Below are positions 14,083-30,437 of a stretch of DNA of 47,185 nt, in pieces. Within the stretch, counting starts at the first letter, position 1. Every line of letters starts with the position of its first letter. The notes under the pieces are model-generated. The model did no database searches. It was not told the origin of the DNA and was given only the letters and a program-made list of their open reading frames with translations. Source of the stretch: Vicugna vicugna (lineage: Eukaryota); assembly GCA_013265495.1 (NCBI GenBank), contig MU057403.1, positions 491,481 to 538,665 of the forward strand. The letters run 5' to 3'. Position numbers and translations under genes: made by a program.

Positions 14083-14560
14083 TGTCAACTGAAATAAATG
14101 CACAGCCTGAAAGTTGAGAGTTACGGTTTTTTTGGCGGGAGGGCTTGAGCCAGGATGACAGCCTCTCAATCGCTCTGAGAAACTGCTCCAAAGAGTTAGG
14201 GGAGGAGCAAGGATATATAGGAATTTTATAACAAAGACCAGGTAGTCCGAACTTTGAAAGATTACTTGTTAACTGAAGGAAACCAGACATCTCACGTTAA
14301 GGAATTTAACGCTTTTCTATATACGGGAGGGCGCAAGCGTTTGGGCTTACTGAATTCATTCCTTTGACAAGCATCTAGCTATCTAGGGCCAGTATCCTGT
14401 CCTTTCTTATTCTGAGTCCCCTCAGGGTGCACCACTGTGAGTGGCTGCAGAGGCTGGGCTGCAGGCTTGTCTTCACCAGGGGGTGCCGGCAGCCGCTGAT
14501 GACTTGGTGGCTTCAGCATTCTTTGTTTACTGATAGGCTTGCAGTAGTTTTCGTTCAACA
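14083..14560 (-). mobile_element. ERV1-type solo LTR, relatively young
   Basis: TGTCAA...TCAACA termini, flanks ATAC/ATAG. Motifs ctctgagaaactgctccaaagag and gctatctagggccagtatcctg. Several CpGs retained. Confidence 0.8.
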
Positions 14561-16652
14561 ATAGTTACATGATCGAGTGCCGTTTAATGACTTAGCTTTG
14601 TGAAAGGATATAAATTGCACAAATAGATGGATAAGGTAATCAATATTTTTCAAGAAATCGTAAAACTGAACAACCAAACTTCATTTAACCAGCAAAGTTT
14701 TCAGCTGTTTTCTGAAATATGGCTCCCAGAAGCAATGGCTGTGGTTTGATTTTGGTTAGCATTTGGTGAGTTTAAACTACCCCCCCCCCATTCAATCAAC
14801 ACTTAACAGCATTATTGCCCCAGGCATTTTGTTTTGTAGCACAGATTTCTTGGGGGGAAGCAAAAGTCATCTCTACCAGAAGCTTCTTTTGATTATACAA
14901 AAAACTGTGTTCATTTTTCTGAACCTCTGTTCTCCTCCTTCTCATTCCCTTTAAATGTTTATGATTCATCTAGGGTGACTATGATGACGGCTCAAAGCAA
15001 TACTTTTTTTTTTTTTAATTTAAGATGTTTGCATTTGATGATAGGTGTTTTGGGTCAGTTGTCAGATTGAAAAAGCTTCTTTTCCTCGTTTCCTCTGTAT
15101 CAAGACCATTTTTCACTGTTAACATCCTGTCTTATTATCTTCCATCCGTCACGCCGTACAGCATGCCTGTGCATTTAGAGAAGCAACAAAAACCACACCA
15201 TGTCATTACGCCTGCCGTATTTAATGATAGAAACTGGCTCTTGTACATTTAAGGAACTCATTCCTCTATCAGTCTTCAGAATATAAACTTTGCCATAAAA
15301 GTGCATCAGACCCACACGGGATTCACTGATCTTCTGAATTTTATTTCAAAACGTGTTTCCCAAGTTGCACTCTGTGTCAACCATGTTGCTTTATTGTTCT
15401 ATGTCAGAGAAGTCTTGTAGATTGCCCTACCTTTCAAGCCCTCTGCTCCTTGTCACAATGCTTGGGCTGTCTTCACTGGTACGTTGACATCATTTAAACA
15501 CTGTTACAACGTTCCTGAATACATATAGATCTTTCTCCAGTGTTTTAGCATGTCTCCTTTACGTCTGAGTTGACATTTCAATTGAGTTCCTGTCCTTTGC
15601 CTTGACAATCATATTTGTTTTATTTTACCTTGGTTTACTTATGTTCTACTCAAATATATGAGCTCATCTCTCATAAACTTCAAAATAAGAATGTACACGT
15701 ATAAGGGGAAAAAACCTCAGTCATCCAAGATGAGGACTGAATTTGGTCTTCATTCATTCTCTTCCTTAGCCTGAAACTAGGGTTAATCCCATGTCAAACA
15801 TGGAATCACATACCTTCTTGGATTTTTCTATGAAATAGAACTTGGAGTGGGTTGAGGTAAAGCTAAAATTGTGAAATGAAACGTTCACTTATTTATTTTA
15901 TATTTTATATATATTTCAGACTGGATAAAATACCCATTCTGGGTCAAGTGCCCGGGTTTCCTGCCACCTCTTTTTTTTTTTGATCTTCTGTAAATTGCCC
16001 CAGTTCCTTCTTTGCTTCTTCTCTTCTTTCTCAGTGCAGTGCCTCAGGGGTCCAGGGACACCTTGTGATGTCAGGTTTCCATGTTCCTTAATGTTCTCTC
16101 CCTCATCCTTCCTCAAAACTCCACTTTCTCCATGCCAGACCTCTACTGACACGGGATGTACTAACTCATGTTATGATATGAATGATTAATGGAATGGCTT
16201 TTCTGTCTGGCATGCTTTGCATTCATTCTGTATCTAATGGGATTCATTAAGGACCATCACTGATGTCTGACATTAATTCTAAATGTATGGGCCACCACAC
16301 TTCCTAATTTTGTGAGAGAGCCAGTGATTTGACGGTAAAGCTCTATGATTAGTATCATGAATTAACCTGACAGCTATCAATTCTTCCATCCTACCTTTCA
16401 GAGCGATGCCAAACTGATCATCACACAAACTAATTACAGATCCCCTCTGGGTTGCTGGAAGTTCTCCGAGTGTTCTGGGAGGCTAGCTCAACCTCATGGA
16501 TGGTTCTATTTTAATTTAGGCATAGGCATGTTGCTAAAAAGAAGTAGCGTCTTTTTGAAGCCCTTAATTCTTCCAATCTGTTGGAGCTGAAACAATGTTT
16601 TCCTGCCTTGTGAATCCCTGAGAATCCCTGGAATTCTTAGATCATCATATTC

Positions 16653-16910
16653 TTTTTTTTTTTTAATGGAATTACAGTCAATTACAATGTGTCAATTTCT
16701 GGTGTACAGCACAGTGTCCCAGTCATGCATATACATACATATATTTGTTTTCATTTTTTTTCATTAAAGGTTATTACGAGATATTGAACATAGTTCCCTG
16801 TGCTATGCAAAAGAATTTTTAAAATATATTTTCATATATAGTGGCTAAATCTCAAGCTCCCAAACTTATCCCTTCCCATCCCCTTTTCCTGGTAACCATA
16901 AGACTGTTTG
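16653..16910 (-). mobile_element. Lineage-specific L1 3' end, antisense
   Basis: T12, then tacagtcaattacaatgtgtcaatttctggtgtacagcac...atagttccctgtgctat...ggtaaccataag. Confidence 0.85.
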
Positions 16911-17059
16911 ATTTAACAGTCTTTTAGTGTGAAACATTCTTTTAGTGTGGGAAACAGACATTCATTATGAGCCTGTTGATTCTTAACTTTCAATATTTTG
17001 ACATGGCAGCTTGATTTTCTTTTTCTTTCACTCGTTACCCAAAGACTATTTCTCCTCCA

Positions 17060-17990
17060 CTACCCAACCGAAGCCTGGAAAGAGTTGTCTGTACTTGCTC
17101 TGTCTTCTACCCATATCTTTAACTACATCTTTTCACCTGCGGTCAGCAGTGACCCCCCCCCCCAACAACTAAATCCAAAAGGCGTTTTCTGTTCCCGTTT
17201 TGCTTGACCTCTCATGTCTCACAGTATTTTGAAATTGTAGCCTATTCCTTGCACCTTGAAAGATTCTCATACTTGGTTTCTGTGTCGCTCCACTTGTTTG
17301 TTTGTTTGTTGTTTGTTTATTTTTTGCTCCTTCCTCTTTATCTCCATATCAATCCATCCTTGGGTTCTGTTTGTGTTTTGGAAAAGTCTAAAATGTGGGA
17401 ATCTTTGTCAGCACAAAGCAGATACTCCATGACTGACTGTGGTTGGGGGGGGTCTTTTGGCTTCATCGCCATTTCTCCTTTGGATTATTGCAGTGACCTT
17501 CACCCTGGTCATCATCCACCACGCTGGTATCCTTCTTGTCCGTTGTCTATACAGCCGCCAGGTGGATTTTTTTAAATGGAAATTGGGCAGTGATCTGTGG
17601 TCACAACTCACTTCCATCACGCTACCTCTGCCCCAATCTGTTTGGATTCTGCTGCTTTTTAGTTTCTGTTTTTCTTTTAATTGCATTTAAAACAGAGACT
17701 AAACTCCCTTAAGGCCCTATATTGCTTGGCCACTACCTACTTCCTTGGCATTACTGGACCCCACACCCCTCCTGGCTCTTTTCTGCTCCACCTGTGTTGG
17801 TCTTCGGCTTCATCAGACGTCCGATCCTTGCTTCAGCCACGGAACTTGGCAGTTCTGTCCCCTTCTCCCTCCCCCACCTCCCCTGTTCATGTGTTTTCAT
17901 CTTTCAGACCCCAAATCAGCCACTTCATGCTCAGGAAAGCCTTCCCCAAACCACCTGATGACTTCTTGGCCACTGTCCTGTAATGAGATT
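17060..17990 (+). mobile_element. Degraded L2 LINE fragments
   Basis: Pyrimidine-rich L2-like motifs: aaagagttgtctgtacttgct, cttgacctctc, ggattattgcagtgacct, tcaggaaagccttcccc. Confidence 0.55.
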
Positions 17991-20540
17991 TTTCCTTCCT
18001 AAGACTGGTCCTATATGGGTTTTCATCATGTGTGTGAAATTAATTTACAGACCTGGTTACCTGTGATCCATGTTTTATAGAGTGAAAATTAATGATGATG
18101 GGAAAACATTTTCATCAGAAGGAAGCAAGACTCTTTCTAGATGGTTCTAAAAATGGGTCAAGACTCAGTACAGGAACTAGGAGCTGGAAAGCAGAGTCAG
18201 GTTTCTGGGCTCAGAGCATAGGCTCAGCTTCATGCTGGCTTCATGCGTCTTATTTTATTTACCTTTCTTGTTTGGTTTCCCATCGTTTTTGATTTTATGT
18301 TATATTTGGTCTCTCTATGAATGCTGAGTTCCCACTAGAACATGTTCAGGGCACCGTTTTACCTTGGACAGGAGACTTTTGGGCAGTTGGTTATCTGTGA
18401 CATCGTTATCATTATTAGGCTAAACCACTTCTCTCAGCCAGTCTCTTTGCTGGTATGGTGGAGATGAGATCATGCCTTCTTCCATGAGCCTTTATGAATA
18501 TTCAGTATGTAAAATGTTCAGTACAGAGTCCGTTATACATTACAGTCTCCATACTTGATCACTATTATCATTATTATCATGAGTTTATTGTCATTTTCCT
18601 AGCTTACAATGAATATTTTACTTAAAGTAGTTTAAACTCTTGGCATCTGTAATAAATACAGCAAGTCCATGAGTAGCAATAAAGCAGTTTCAGGTCTGAT
18701 TCTCTGCCTGGGGAGACCTGTAAACATTTGTAAGCCCCATGTTTGCTTTTGTGATGCATTTTTTAGGGATTAGACAGTGCATTTGATGAGGACCAGCCCT
18801 TTCTATTTGGTTTGCTTTATTTGAACTTGTCTTTGATCTTTTCTTGATGGAAAATAGGTCACACAGAGCAGGAAGTAATGAGCTTCAGCTTTCTGGGTTG
18901 CAATCTTCCTGTGCATTCTTCTTTGCAGCAGAAAAGGACTTACCTTTACAGGAACAGTCTGTCTCTTGTCCCTCCCTTTCAAGACAGCTGGTCAGATTGT
19001 GTTTGGTGACTTGCTCTCAGGTCCCTCAAGGAATGACTGAGTTGCCTGGAAATTAATCAGCCTGATTATAGGCAGAGCACAGAGCTACACATCTCGTTCT
19101 TTTCACAGAATAGTTAGTCCCCTCCCTCCCCTATTTGGAACTAAATAAAGGGCTGGTAAGCTCAGGGTAGGACTGGATAATTCTTTTCTATTGGGTGAAG
19201 CCTGAGAGCAGAGATGAAAAGTCAGGATGTGGAGGGAAACCAGAGGCCAAAAGCCAGAATATAAGTGCACCGTTCCCAGAGGCCAGGTGGAAATAGAAGC
19301 TGAGTTTGTGTCTGAAGCCAAAAACACAGAAGGTGCTGAATTCCTCAGCGAGCTGTGGGAGTGGTCCTGGAAGAGTGCTTGAGATGTAACCCACCTCAGT
19401 GGCTTCTGGGAGCACGTACGGCCCATTTGTCCATGTGAATCAGGCTCATTTAACAACCTGGCCTCCTACCTGTCCCTCCATCTGTGCAAGACAGCGACTC
19501 CCGGCTGTAACCCAGAAGAAACCCTTTACAATAACACCTGCATCGCTTGTCAGTGAAGTGTGCAATTAGGACTTGGTTTGGTTAAGCTTAAAGATCAGGA
19601 AATAATGAGACCTTTTATAAAAGAAAGTGATGTAAACGCAAAATAGACAGGAAACATTTTTCCTTCGGAGATGCTTCACTGAACAGTGTATTGGTGCAAT
19701 TACACGTAAGACTGATTCAGCATTAGAATAATAAATCTCTGTTTTCGTCGGATTCAGAGTGTAACTTCAGCATCTGAAATAATGTTGCCAGACAATGTCT
19801 GCAAAAAGGAAAAAAAATTTTCTTACTCCTCTTTTTCCTTCCTCTACGAAATATCTCACCAAATACAAGTATCAACGAACAGCTTCCCATATTCTTCACA
19901 CACTGGATAATAATGGCAGTGACCTTGATTTTTTTTCCCCTGTCTGCAGAGTCAGATATTTTCAGAAACCCTAATGTTCATCTTAACAGTTGATTCTGTA
20001 TCTTTAGAACTTGTTTTTTCCCACACTTATGTCATTGGCTGTTGATTTGAATGTAACACTTTTTTTAAAAAGGCAGGAGCCAGTCCTGTGATCGGGCAGC
20101 AGGAGGGACCCGAAGAAGTGGTTTTTGGTCATAGTTTTTGCTCATTCACAGTGACTCTGAAGCCAGCCAAATGGTGGGACATCCCTCCTGTTTTGGGAGA
20201 CCGCACAGCTCTGCTTTTTCACAGTGTAACTTCTGGTTCCACTGCTGCGGTATGATCTCATTTTCTCTCTGAGTCTTAGGATGAATGAAGATGATCACAG
20301 GTCACTCCTGCACTAGGAAAGGGCCATTCCCACCCTACCCCGTTTTGTTGAAGCTTCTCCCTGCGTCAGGGAGGGCACCACCCTCTCCCAGGATCAGAAA
20401 CTTGTGTATCACCCTTGACATCTTTCCCTTTGGTGCCCATCTGCAGTCTGTCAACAAACTTCAAGTTTCACATCCTAAATATGTTACAGAGTGATCTACT
20501 TTTTTTCTGTCCCCTCCCACAACTTGGGTCCAGTTTACCA

Positions 20541-20939
20541 CGATGGTTAATTTTACATGTCCCCCGACTAGGCTGTAGCCCTCAGTTATTTCATCAAACG
20601 TGCATCTAGGCATTGCTGTGATGGTGTGCTTAACACCTACAATCAGTTGACTTTAAGTAAAGGAGATGACTCTGGATAATGTGGGTGAACCTCATCCAAT
20701 CAGGTGATGTCCTTTAGAACAGAGACCGAGGTTTCCCAGAAAAGAAGAAATGCTGCTTCGAGACTGCAGCCTCAACACTTGTGTGAGTTGCCAGCCTGCC
20801 AGCTGCCCTGCAGATTTTAGACTTGCCAGCCCCCACATTGTGTGGGCCAATTCCTTAAAATAAATCTAGATAGATGGATAGATAGATATCAATATTGATA
20901 GACTCTTGGTTCTGTTTCTCTGGGGAGCCCTAACTGACA
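20541..20939 (+). mobile_element. MLT2-type (ERVL) LTR
   Basis: gatggttaatttta...aatcagttgactttaagtaaaggagat...gccaattccttaaaataaatct...ttggttctgtttctctgg hallmarks. Confidence 0.85.
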
Positions 20940-20948
20940 TAGTTACTC

Positions 20949-21618
20949 TTTTTTTTTTTTTAATTGAAGTATAGTCAATTTACAATATAGTATTCATTTC
21001 TGGTGTGCAGCGTAGTGATTCATTTATACATATACACACACACACATATACCACATACATACCTATATATGTGTGTGTATATATGTATTCCTTTTCATAT
21101 TCTTTTTCATTATAGGCTATTACAAGGTACCGAATATAGTTTTCCCTGTGCTATACAGTAGGACCTTGTTGTTTATCTATTTTATATACAGTAGTAGTTG
21201 CAAATCCCAAACTCCCTTTTTATCCCTCCCCACCCGCATCCCCCGTGTAACCGTAAGTTTGTTTTCTGTCTGTGAGTCTGTCTGTCTTATAAATAAATTA
21301 ATTTGCATTGTATTTTTTTTATTCCAGGTATATGTGATACCATATGGTATTTGTCTTTGGTTTACTTTACTTATGGTAAAGTATGGTAATCTCTAGGTCC
21401 ATCCATGTTGCTACAAATTGCATTATTTCATTCTTTTTTATGGCTGGATAGTATTCCATTGCATATATATGCCACGTCTTCTTTATCCTATCACCTGTTG
21501 ATCCCATTCCTGGGCATATATCCAGAGGAAACTCTAATTGGAAAAGACACGTGCGCCCTAGTGTTCATAGCCACACTACTTAAAATAGACAAGACCTGGA
21601 AGCAACCTAATGCCCATC
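20949..21618 (-). mobile_element. 5'-inverted L1 insertion (antisense 3' end 20949-21502, sense piece 21501-21618)
   Basis: Poly(T) plus antisense L1 3'UTR switches to sense ORF2-end sequence (atcccattcctgggcatatatccagag...tggaagcaacctaa). Imperfect TSD TAGTTACTCTTTT / TAGTTGTCTTTT. Confidence 0.85.
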
Positions 21619-21658
21619 TAGTTGTCTTTTAATTGTTACCTAGTTATCTCTTAACCAG

Positions 21659-22225
21659 TGTTCTGGTTATCTATTGCTGCATAATAAATATCCCCCAAAA
21701 CCAAATCTTGATGACTTAAGGGGACAATTTCATACTCTCTCACTGTTCCATTGGCTGAATGAGCTTAGCTGGAGCTTCATCGAGGGCTTTTGTATGGTTC
21801 TAGTCCAGTGGTGGCTGGAGCTGAATTCATCTAAAAGCTTGCCTTTGCTGACATCCGTGATGGCTCCCTCGCACAGCTGGCAGATGACCTTGGCTTTGGT
21901 AGGAGTTCAGCTAGGGCTGCCAACTACAGCACCTTCAAAGGAGCCTCTGCCGGTGACTTGTGCCTCTTACAACATGGTGGCTGGGTTCCCTGAGTCCAAA
22001 GAGTGAACATACTAAGAACCCCAAGCAGCAGTCCCAAGACTTCTTACGACCTAGCTTTGGAAATCCCAGTGCCACTTCTGCTGTGTTCCCTTGGTCGAAT
22101 AGTCATGAAGGCCAGCCCAGATTCAAGGGGAGGAGCTTTCAATTTCACTTCCTGATGTGAGGAGCAATGGGAGTGTGTAGGGACAGAAGGGATTGGTGGT
22201 GACCATCTTTGGAGACCCATCTTCG
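21659..22225 (-). mobile_element. MLT1 (F/G/H-like) MaLR LTR
   Basis: ggttatctattgctgcataa...aacatggtggctgggttcc...gccagcccagattcaagggg...gaccatctttggaga hallmarks. Confidence 0.75.
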
Positions 22226-23239
22226 ATACTGGATCACTGCCATGTCCTTCTCACTGATCACACCACCTTGTTCAGACCCTCCTAATCTGTCCTCCTCAGT
22301 GAAGCCAGGGGACACTCCTAAAATACGTATCTTATTATATCACTACTGTAACTAGACCTCCAACAACTTGTTCTTTCCCGTAGAAGGAAGCCAGATTGTT
22401 CACTTCCTCTTGCTTCTAAGACTTCTGGTGGTGTAGTTCTGCAGCATTCTCCACCTAGTACTTTCTCTCCCGACCTAGACAGAGTTTCTTTCAGCATTTT
22501 TGCATGTTCAGTGCTCTTTGTCCCCCCGGCTTTCACACTCCTTGTTCTCTGTTTCTCAAAGTCTTCCCCACTCTTTTCTCTTTCTCTTGCCTTACCTGGC
22601 TACCCTCTACTCATCTTTGGTTTTCAGCCTAAGCTTTGCTTCTTCTGGGGAGCTGAGCCCTGACACCCCAGGTTTAGATTGGATTCCTATGTCCTCCTGC
22701 CTGGAGGGTTGGCCCAGGTCTTGGGTTTGCATGAATGTGTAATTGGGCTTAGTTAAACTTGCTTTCACTTTGCATTATTACTGAATTAGCAAAATGAAAA
22801 CACAAGATTAAGGATTCAAGTGAGCGGATGGTTCTCTTCAGATTAGCACCTAAAGTTCTTGTAGTTCGTGCAGCCCTTGGGAATGAGTGAGCTCACATCT
22901 CAAACTGCAGGCTCCTCGCCTTATTGGCAGCTTGCCAGTCTCCAAAGTTCGTGCTGCAGTCACAGAGGGAGGCTCCCTTGGGCTGCAGTCTCACCCTTCC
23001 GGATTGTTTTTCTTAAGCATCAGGGGTAACAGCAGGCCCAGCATGACCAGCCCAGGTCCTCAGCCTCTGCTTCCCTCGTCGCAGTGGAGGACTGATGGCA
23101 TAATGATGTAATCGCTGGCTCTTGTTTCTCTCCCACTAGGTGACAAGCCTTTCCTGGGCACTTAATTTTGCCTATTTCCTGTCATATCCCTGGTACTGAG
23201 ACCAGTGCTAAGAGCTTGATTTGCTGAATAAATATACAC

Positions 23240-23370
23240 ATGAATGAATGAATAAATGGAAGAAAGAAAGAGAGCAAGAGAGAGGGAAAGAAAGAAAGAA
23301 ACAAAAGAAGTGGAAGGAAGGAGAGAAGGAAGGAAGGAAGAGGAAGAGGAAGAAAGGAAAAGAAAAGAAA
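23240..23370. repeat. GA-rich simple repeat ((GAAA)n/(GGAA)n) extending an L2 tail
   Basis: Read directly: atgaatgaatgaataaatgg followed by a purine-only tract. Confidence 0.85.
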
Positions 23371-25625
23371 TCTTTGGTTTACCCTGAACACTGTTCCATG
23401 TCACTAAACTTGGTTCCCAACTCTACCTTCTTGGTGTTTGCTGTTCATATCTGTTCTCGTTAGCGTCACACTTGATCATTTTCTTAGAAGTAGTGTTTGG
23501 TTCTCAGCCCTAAGCAGTCTGTTGCCTGGGCAGGAATTTTGACCTTGACCTTGACTCCGTGCACCCCAGTTCCAGACCCTTAGCCCTTTAACCTGTGGCC
23601 AGCTGGGCCTCCTTCTGAGGGAGGGATTTGTCTTCATGATGTTCTTCTCAGTCTCCCCCTAACCCTCAACTTCCCCGGTAGAATTCATCCATTTCACAAG
23701 TATTCATCAAAAGCATCTTGATATTTAATTCTTATTTTGCATATAACCCTGGAAATTCAGCACAGTTTAGAAATATTTAATCACAATTTACAGGATGTCT
23801 CAAGAGGTAGCTATTTGCCCCTGAAGGTCATGGAGTTTATCTACAAGTCTTGTGACAGTGGCTGTGTGGGCTGCAATTTTAGTTTGCTTTCCCCTTAACC
23901 TTGTTACCTCTCTTCTGCAGTTACCCATAATATAAAAACTAGAATGTAAAAAAGTATTTTCTGAATTCATTGAATAGCTTTCTCTTCTTTTTCAGGAATT
24001 TAGAAGCTCAAGACTACAACATTCTCATTGCTCTCTAGAGGGGGAATGAGATTGTCCTCTGCTTACACAGCCTTCTGTGGATAGACTTTTCCTTGCAATT
24101 CAGCCACACTTTACACAGAAAAGATCCCCTGATTTTGTTGACCTTTCCCTCTTGAACAGAGTTAACCAACTGTTAATCACCTTTGTTGCTTTGCCCTGAA
24201 GCCTTCTTCCATTTTCTACATCTCACCTAAATTGTGGTGCCCCACGTTCAAGACGACAGTAAGGACAGGGTCTCTTTTATTCCTTGAGATAGTCCCAGGG
24301 TCTAGCATGGTTCCTGAAGCACTGACTGCTCTTGGTGAATAGTTGTGAGATGCGTGAATCCCTCTGGGGGATGTTGAGGGCTAGGGGGAGCCTGAGAAGG
24401 GCATCGTGTGACAGAGCCATTGTCCTGTCTCCTGCAGCCTTAGTTCATCCCTTACCCTTGTTCTGTCACCTACTCAGTAGATCTTAAATCTTCCCCACCC
24501 AACCCTTTTCACCCTTAGATCACTTGCTTACTGTGGGCCCTTTCAGTCTTTACCTGGATAAGCTCTAACAACAGTTGGCCTTCCTCCTTCTGGTCTTCCA
24601 CCACCAGCCATCCTCCATTACCCCAGTGACTGTTCCCGAACACCAGCTTATTCATTCACTGAACAGATATTTATCCCGTGACTCCTGTGTGCTGGGCATG
24701 TACTAACACCTTCACGAAATCTTCCCTTTGCCCCCGGTTAGCTGAAGTGCCCTTCCTCTGTGTACTTACCATGCTTCTTCTCACGTCAATCTGTGTCATA
24801 TTGAAAGTATGTTGAAGTACCCATTACATTTTGTGTCTGTCTCTTCTGATGTCGTTAAGCTCCCTGGAGAGCAGAGTCCATCTATGCTTTATATATTTTT
24901 GTATTTAATAACTTATAAGTTGTAATCCTCATGACCTTGAACCCTAGAGAATGGATCCCAGGAAAGGCAGCTTTTTATTAATACTTGGAAGGTGCCTGTA
25001 GCCTCTGCCTCACCCTGGCTGCCCCATATCTCATTAGGGAGTCTTACAGAGTTTGATAAACAGAAGAGAGGCCTGTGGGCTCTGGGCTGGGACACTTAGG
25101 TGGTTAGTATTCAGAGTGTCCTACAGTGTCTGGTACACAGTAAGCCTTAAGCAGTCATTAACATTTCATGGAAATCCAGGAAGCATCCCATTTAGAACTA
25201 AAGAAGAATTTTGACCTGGGACTTGAAATGAATCAAAAAAAAAAAAAAATCAAAGATAAAAACCAAGGAAACACCCAGCGGTCTACAGTGTGAAAGAAAA
25301 AGGAACTTCTGCAATTTGAACAAAAATCGCTTTTTCAAAACTTTATCATTAGACCAACTGTGACACAAAGATGATTTTGCACATTTTCAGATTCTGCCTT
25401 TATAGATCAAGGCTGAAAGTGTTAAGCCAGATTCTCCTGGGACCAACTGACTTCTTGAGCGTTAAGCCCTTTTGGAAGTATGTGGACTCTTTCCAGTTCT
25501 GGAACTCAACACAGTTAGAGGGTCCCCATGCTTTTCCTGGGGGTGGAAGAGAGCTTTCCTTTTGGAGCTGGACTGCGTGGAGGAACTTGCTGAAGGTACG
25601 ACACAGCAAGAGTAAGGTCATCATC

Positions 25626-28070
<2,445 letters not shown>

Positions 28071-28508
28071 GTAAGATCATCATCAAGCCACAGGTTTCTT
28101 TTCCATTAACTCCTGGGGCATGTTGACTGGACCACGTGATAACCTTGATCCCATTGGGGACCATGTACATCCTCCATGTAAAACAAGAGCCTTGAATGTC
28201 TCAGTTATAGAGAGAGTTTAAAGCATTTATATGTAAAATCTTTGGGTTTTGTCAGGACCAGTTTTCAAAGAGGTGTGACCAGCATTATTTGGGGAACCAC
28301 TGTGTTGTCTTAGTGTCATTATGGAAAGAACCCTAAAGGAAGAAGCTCAGGTGAGAACGTTACCCCCATCACAGTGTACTCTGGTATAAATTGCAGAGAT
28401 GTGATTGTCAAAAGACATATCTTGGAGTCGCTAGCTACCTGGGTGCCTTGGTCCTATCATGTAAACTCTCTCAACTCCAGTTTTATCATCTCTAAAATGG
28501 GAATGATT

Positions 28509-28824
28509 GGATGGACCTAGAGATGATCATACTAAGTGAAGTAAGTCAAAGAGAGAGAGAGAGACAAATATATGATATCACTTATATGTGAAATCTAAAA
28601 AAAATGAAATAAATGAACTTCTTTACAAAACAGAAACAAACTCACAGACATAGAAAACAAATTTATAGTTACCAAAGGGAGAAGTGGGGAGGGATAAATT
28701 AGGAGTTTAGGATTAGCAGGTACAAACTACTATATATAAAATAGATAAATGACAGGGTCCTACTGTAGAGCACAGGGAACTATATTCAGATCTTGTAGTA
28801 ACTATACTTCAGTTAAAAAATAAT
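28509..28824 (+). mobile_element. Artiodactyl-type L1 3' end inserted into a MIR
   Basis: ggatggacctagagat...cacagggaactatattca...ctatacttcagttaaaa. Degenerate TSD AAAATGGGAATGATT (28494-28508) / AAAACTGGAATAATT (28825-28839) within a MIR core. Confidence 0.85.
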
Positions 28825-28964
28825 AAAACTGGAATAATTGTATTTTCTACCTCCCTGGTTGCTGTGGGAATCAGATGTCATGAAGGGTGTGAAAATTCTC
28901 TGGGAAGTGTACGGTGCTTTACAAGGGTAAGCTTTGTGCATACTGATCTGGTTGGATAGTTAAC

Positions 28965-29123
28965 TGTGCATTGGAGAGAGCGAGCCTTTTGACTCCGTGT
29001 GCCAATTCAAATGCTAATCCCTTCTGGAAACACCCTCACAGACACCCCCAGAAATAATGTTTTAGCAGCTATCTGGGCATCGATGTGGCCTGGTCAAGTT
29101 GACACATAAAATTGACCATCACA
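28965..29123 (-). mobile_element. MLT2-type LTR fragment
   Basis: attcaaatgctaatc...aaacaccctcacagacac...gtcaagttgacacataaaattgaccatcaCA. Confidence 0.8.
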
Positions 29124-29619
29124 TCTAGTTAATACCAACAGTGTCCTTCATTTCTTAAGGTCCCTTGCTCTTTTTACCAATTACCAATAAACAGTTACAC
29201 ATTACCAATAAACAGGAAGGAGGAAACCGCCATGTCGGTTATTGTGAACGCAGCTAGTTGACTTTTGAGTCACCAAGGATCAGAACTGACTCTCTTCTTA
29301 AGGATGATGGGAAATGGAAGAGGAAAAATAGAATTCTGTTTTATTTTGTTTATTCTAAGCATCTCAGCTTTATACTAAACTCTGGTTATTACAGGGGTCT
29401 TTACCACGTGGATGAGCTGAAAGGTGACAAAGAACATAGATTTGTAATTCCGCTACTGAATATTAAGGCTTAAAAAGTCCTGTTGGTCAGTGACTCCATG
29501 TAAGCTTCAGAAATGACATCTTGGATAATTATTCTGATGCTTTTCCTGGGAAGTTACTATGAGTGATTTGGTGTTTAACATTGATTTTTTTTATAGTGAT
29601 TTCTTTAAAAGTGCAAGGG

Positions 29620-30250
29620 AGAGATGGCTAAATCAGTTCTGGCACATTCGTGCACTGAAACTCTACTCCAGCAATAAAAAGGAACACATTACCAATAAAC
29701 ACAGCAAAATACATGAACTGCAAAAACATTTATGCCAAGTGAAAGAAGTCTTATACAAAAGCATATATACGATATGATTCTGTTTGTATAGATTCTAGAA
29801 CAGGCAAAATTAATCTTTGATAAAAAATAATCACAAACGTGGTTGCCTTGAGATGAGGGAGGGCTGGAAGTAAACTGGGAAAGGATCTGAGGGAATTATC
29901 TGCGGGGTTGGTAATATTTATATCTTGATAGGGAGTTGGGTTACAGAGATACACACTTCTCAAAACTCAGTGAACGCACTTAGAATTTTGTTGTATGTAA
30001 ATTCTATCCCAAAATACAAACAAATTAATTATATACGTGCTGAAGTAATTAGAGGTGAAGTGGACCTGTAATCTACTTTGAATTGCAATAACTATAATAA
30101 TAAAAATGGATTGGTGGGTAAATACACAATAAAGCACATACAGGAAAAAAATTACTTGCAGAATCTAGCTAGTAGTTTTTCAAGTGCCCACTGTCCAATT
30201 CTTTCAACTTTCCTGTAGGTTTGAAAATGTTATAATACAACCATTGAAAA
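29620..30250 (+). mobile_element. Old L1MC/MD-type 3' end
   Basis: aagtgaaagaag...tatgattc...ttctagaacaggcaaaattaatct...attctttcaacttt...gtttgaaaat. Confidence 0.75.
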
Positions 30251-30437
30251 TATAATTTCAGGAAAAAAAACTATTTAAAAACACATAAAGGGTACTCAGT
30301 ATGTTCTTTTTGTAATGCAATATTCTTTCAAGTACGAGATATCCTTGGAGAAATCAAGTTACTTGTAAAAGGTGAATGAGAATATTCTGTTGCCTTTGTC
30401 AACATCTTGCATGAAAGAGACATTTAAAATTATAAAC

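Noticed and set aside
23162..23463. Overlapping ORFs rich in K/E/R or F/L/S
   Set aside because: Translations of a GA-rich simple repeat.
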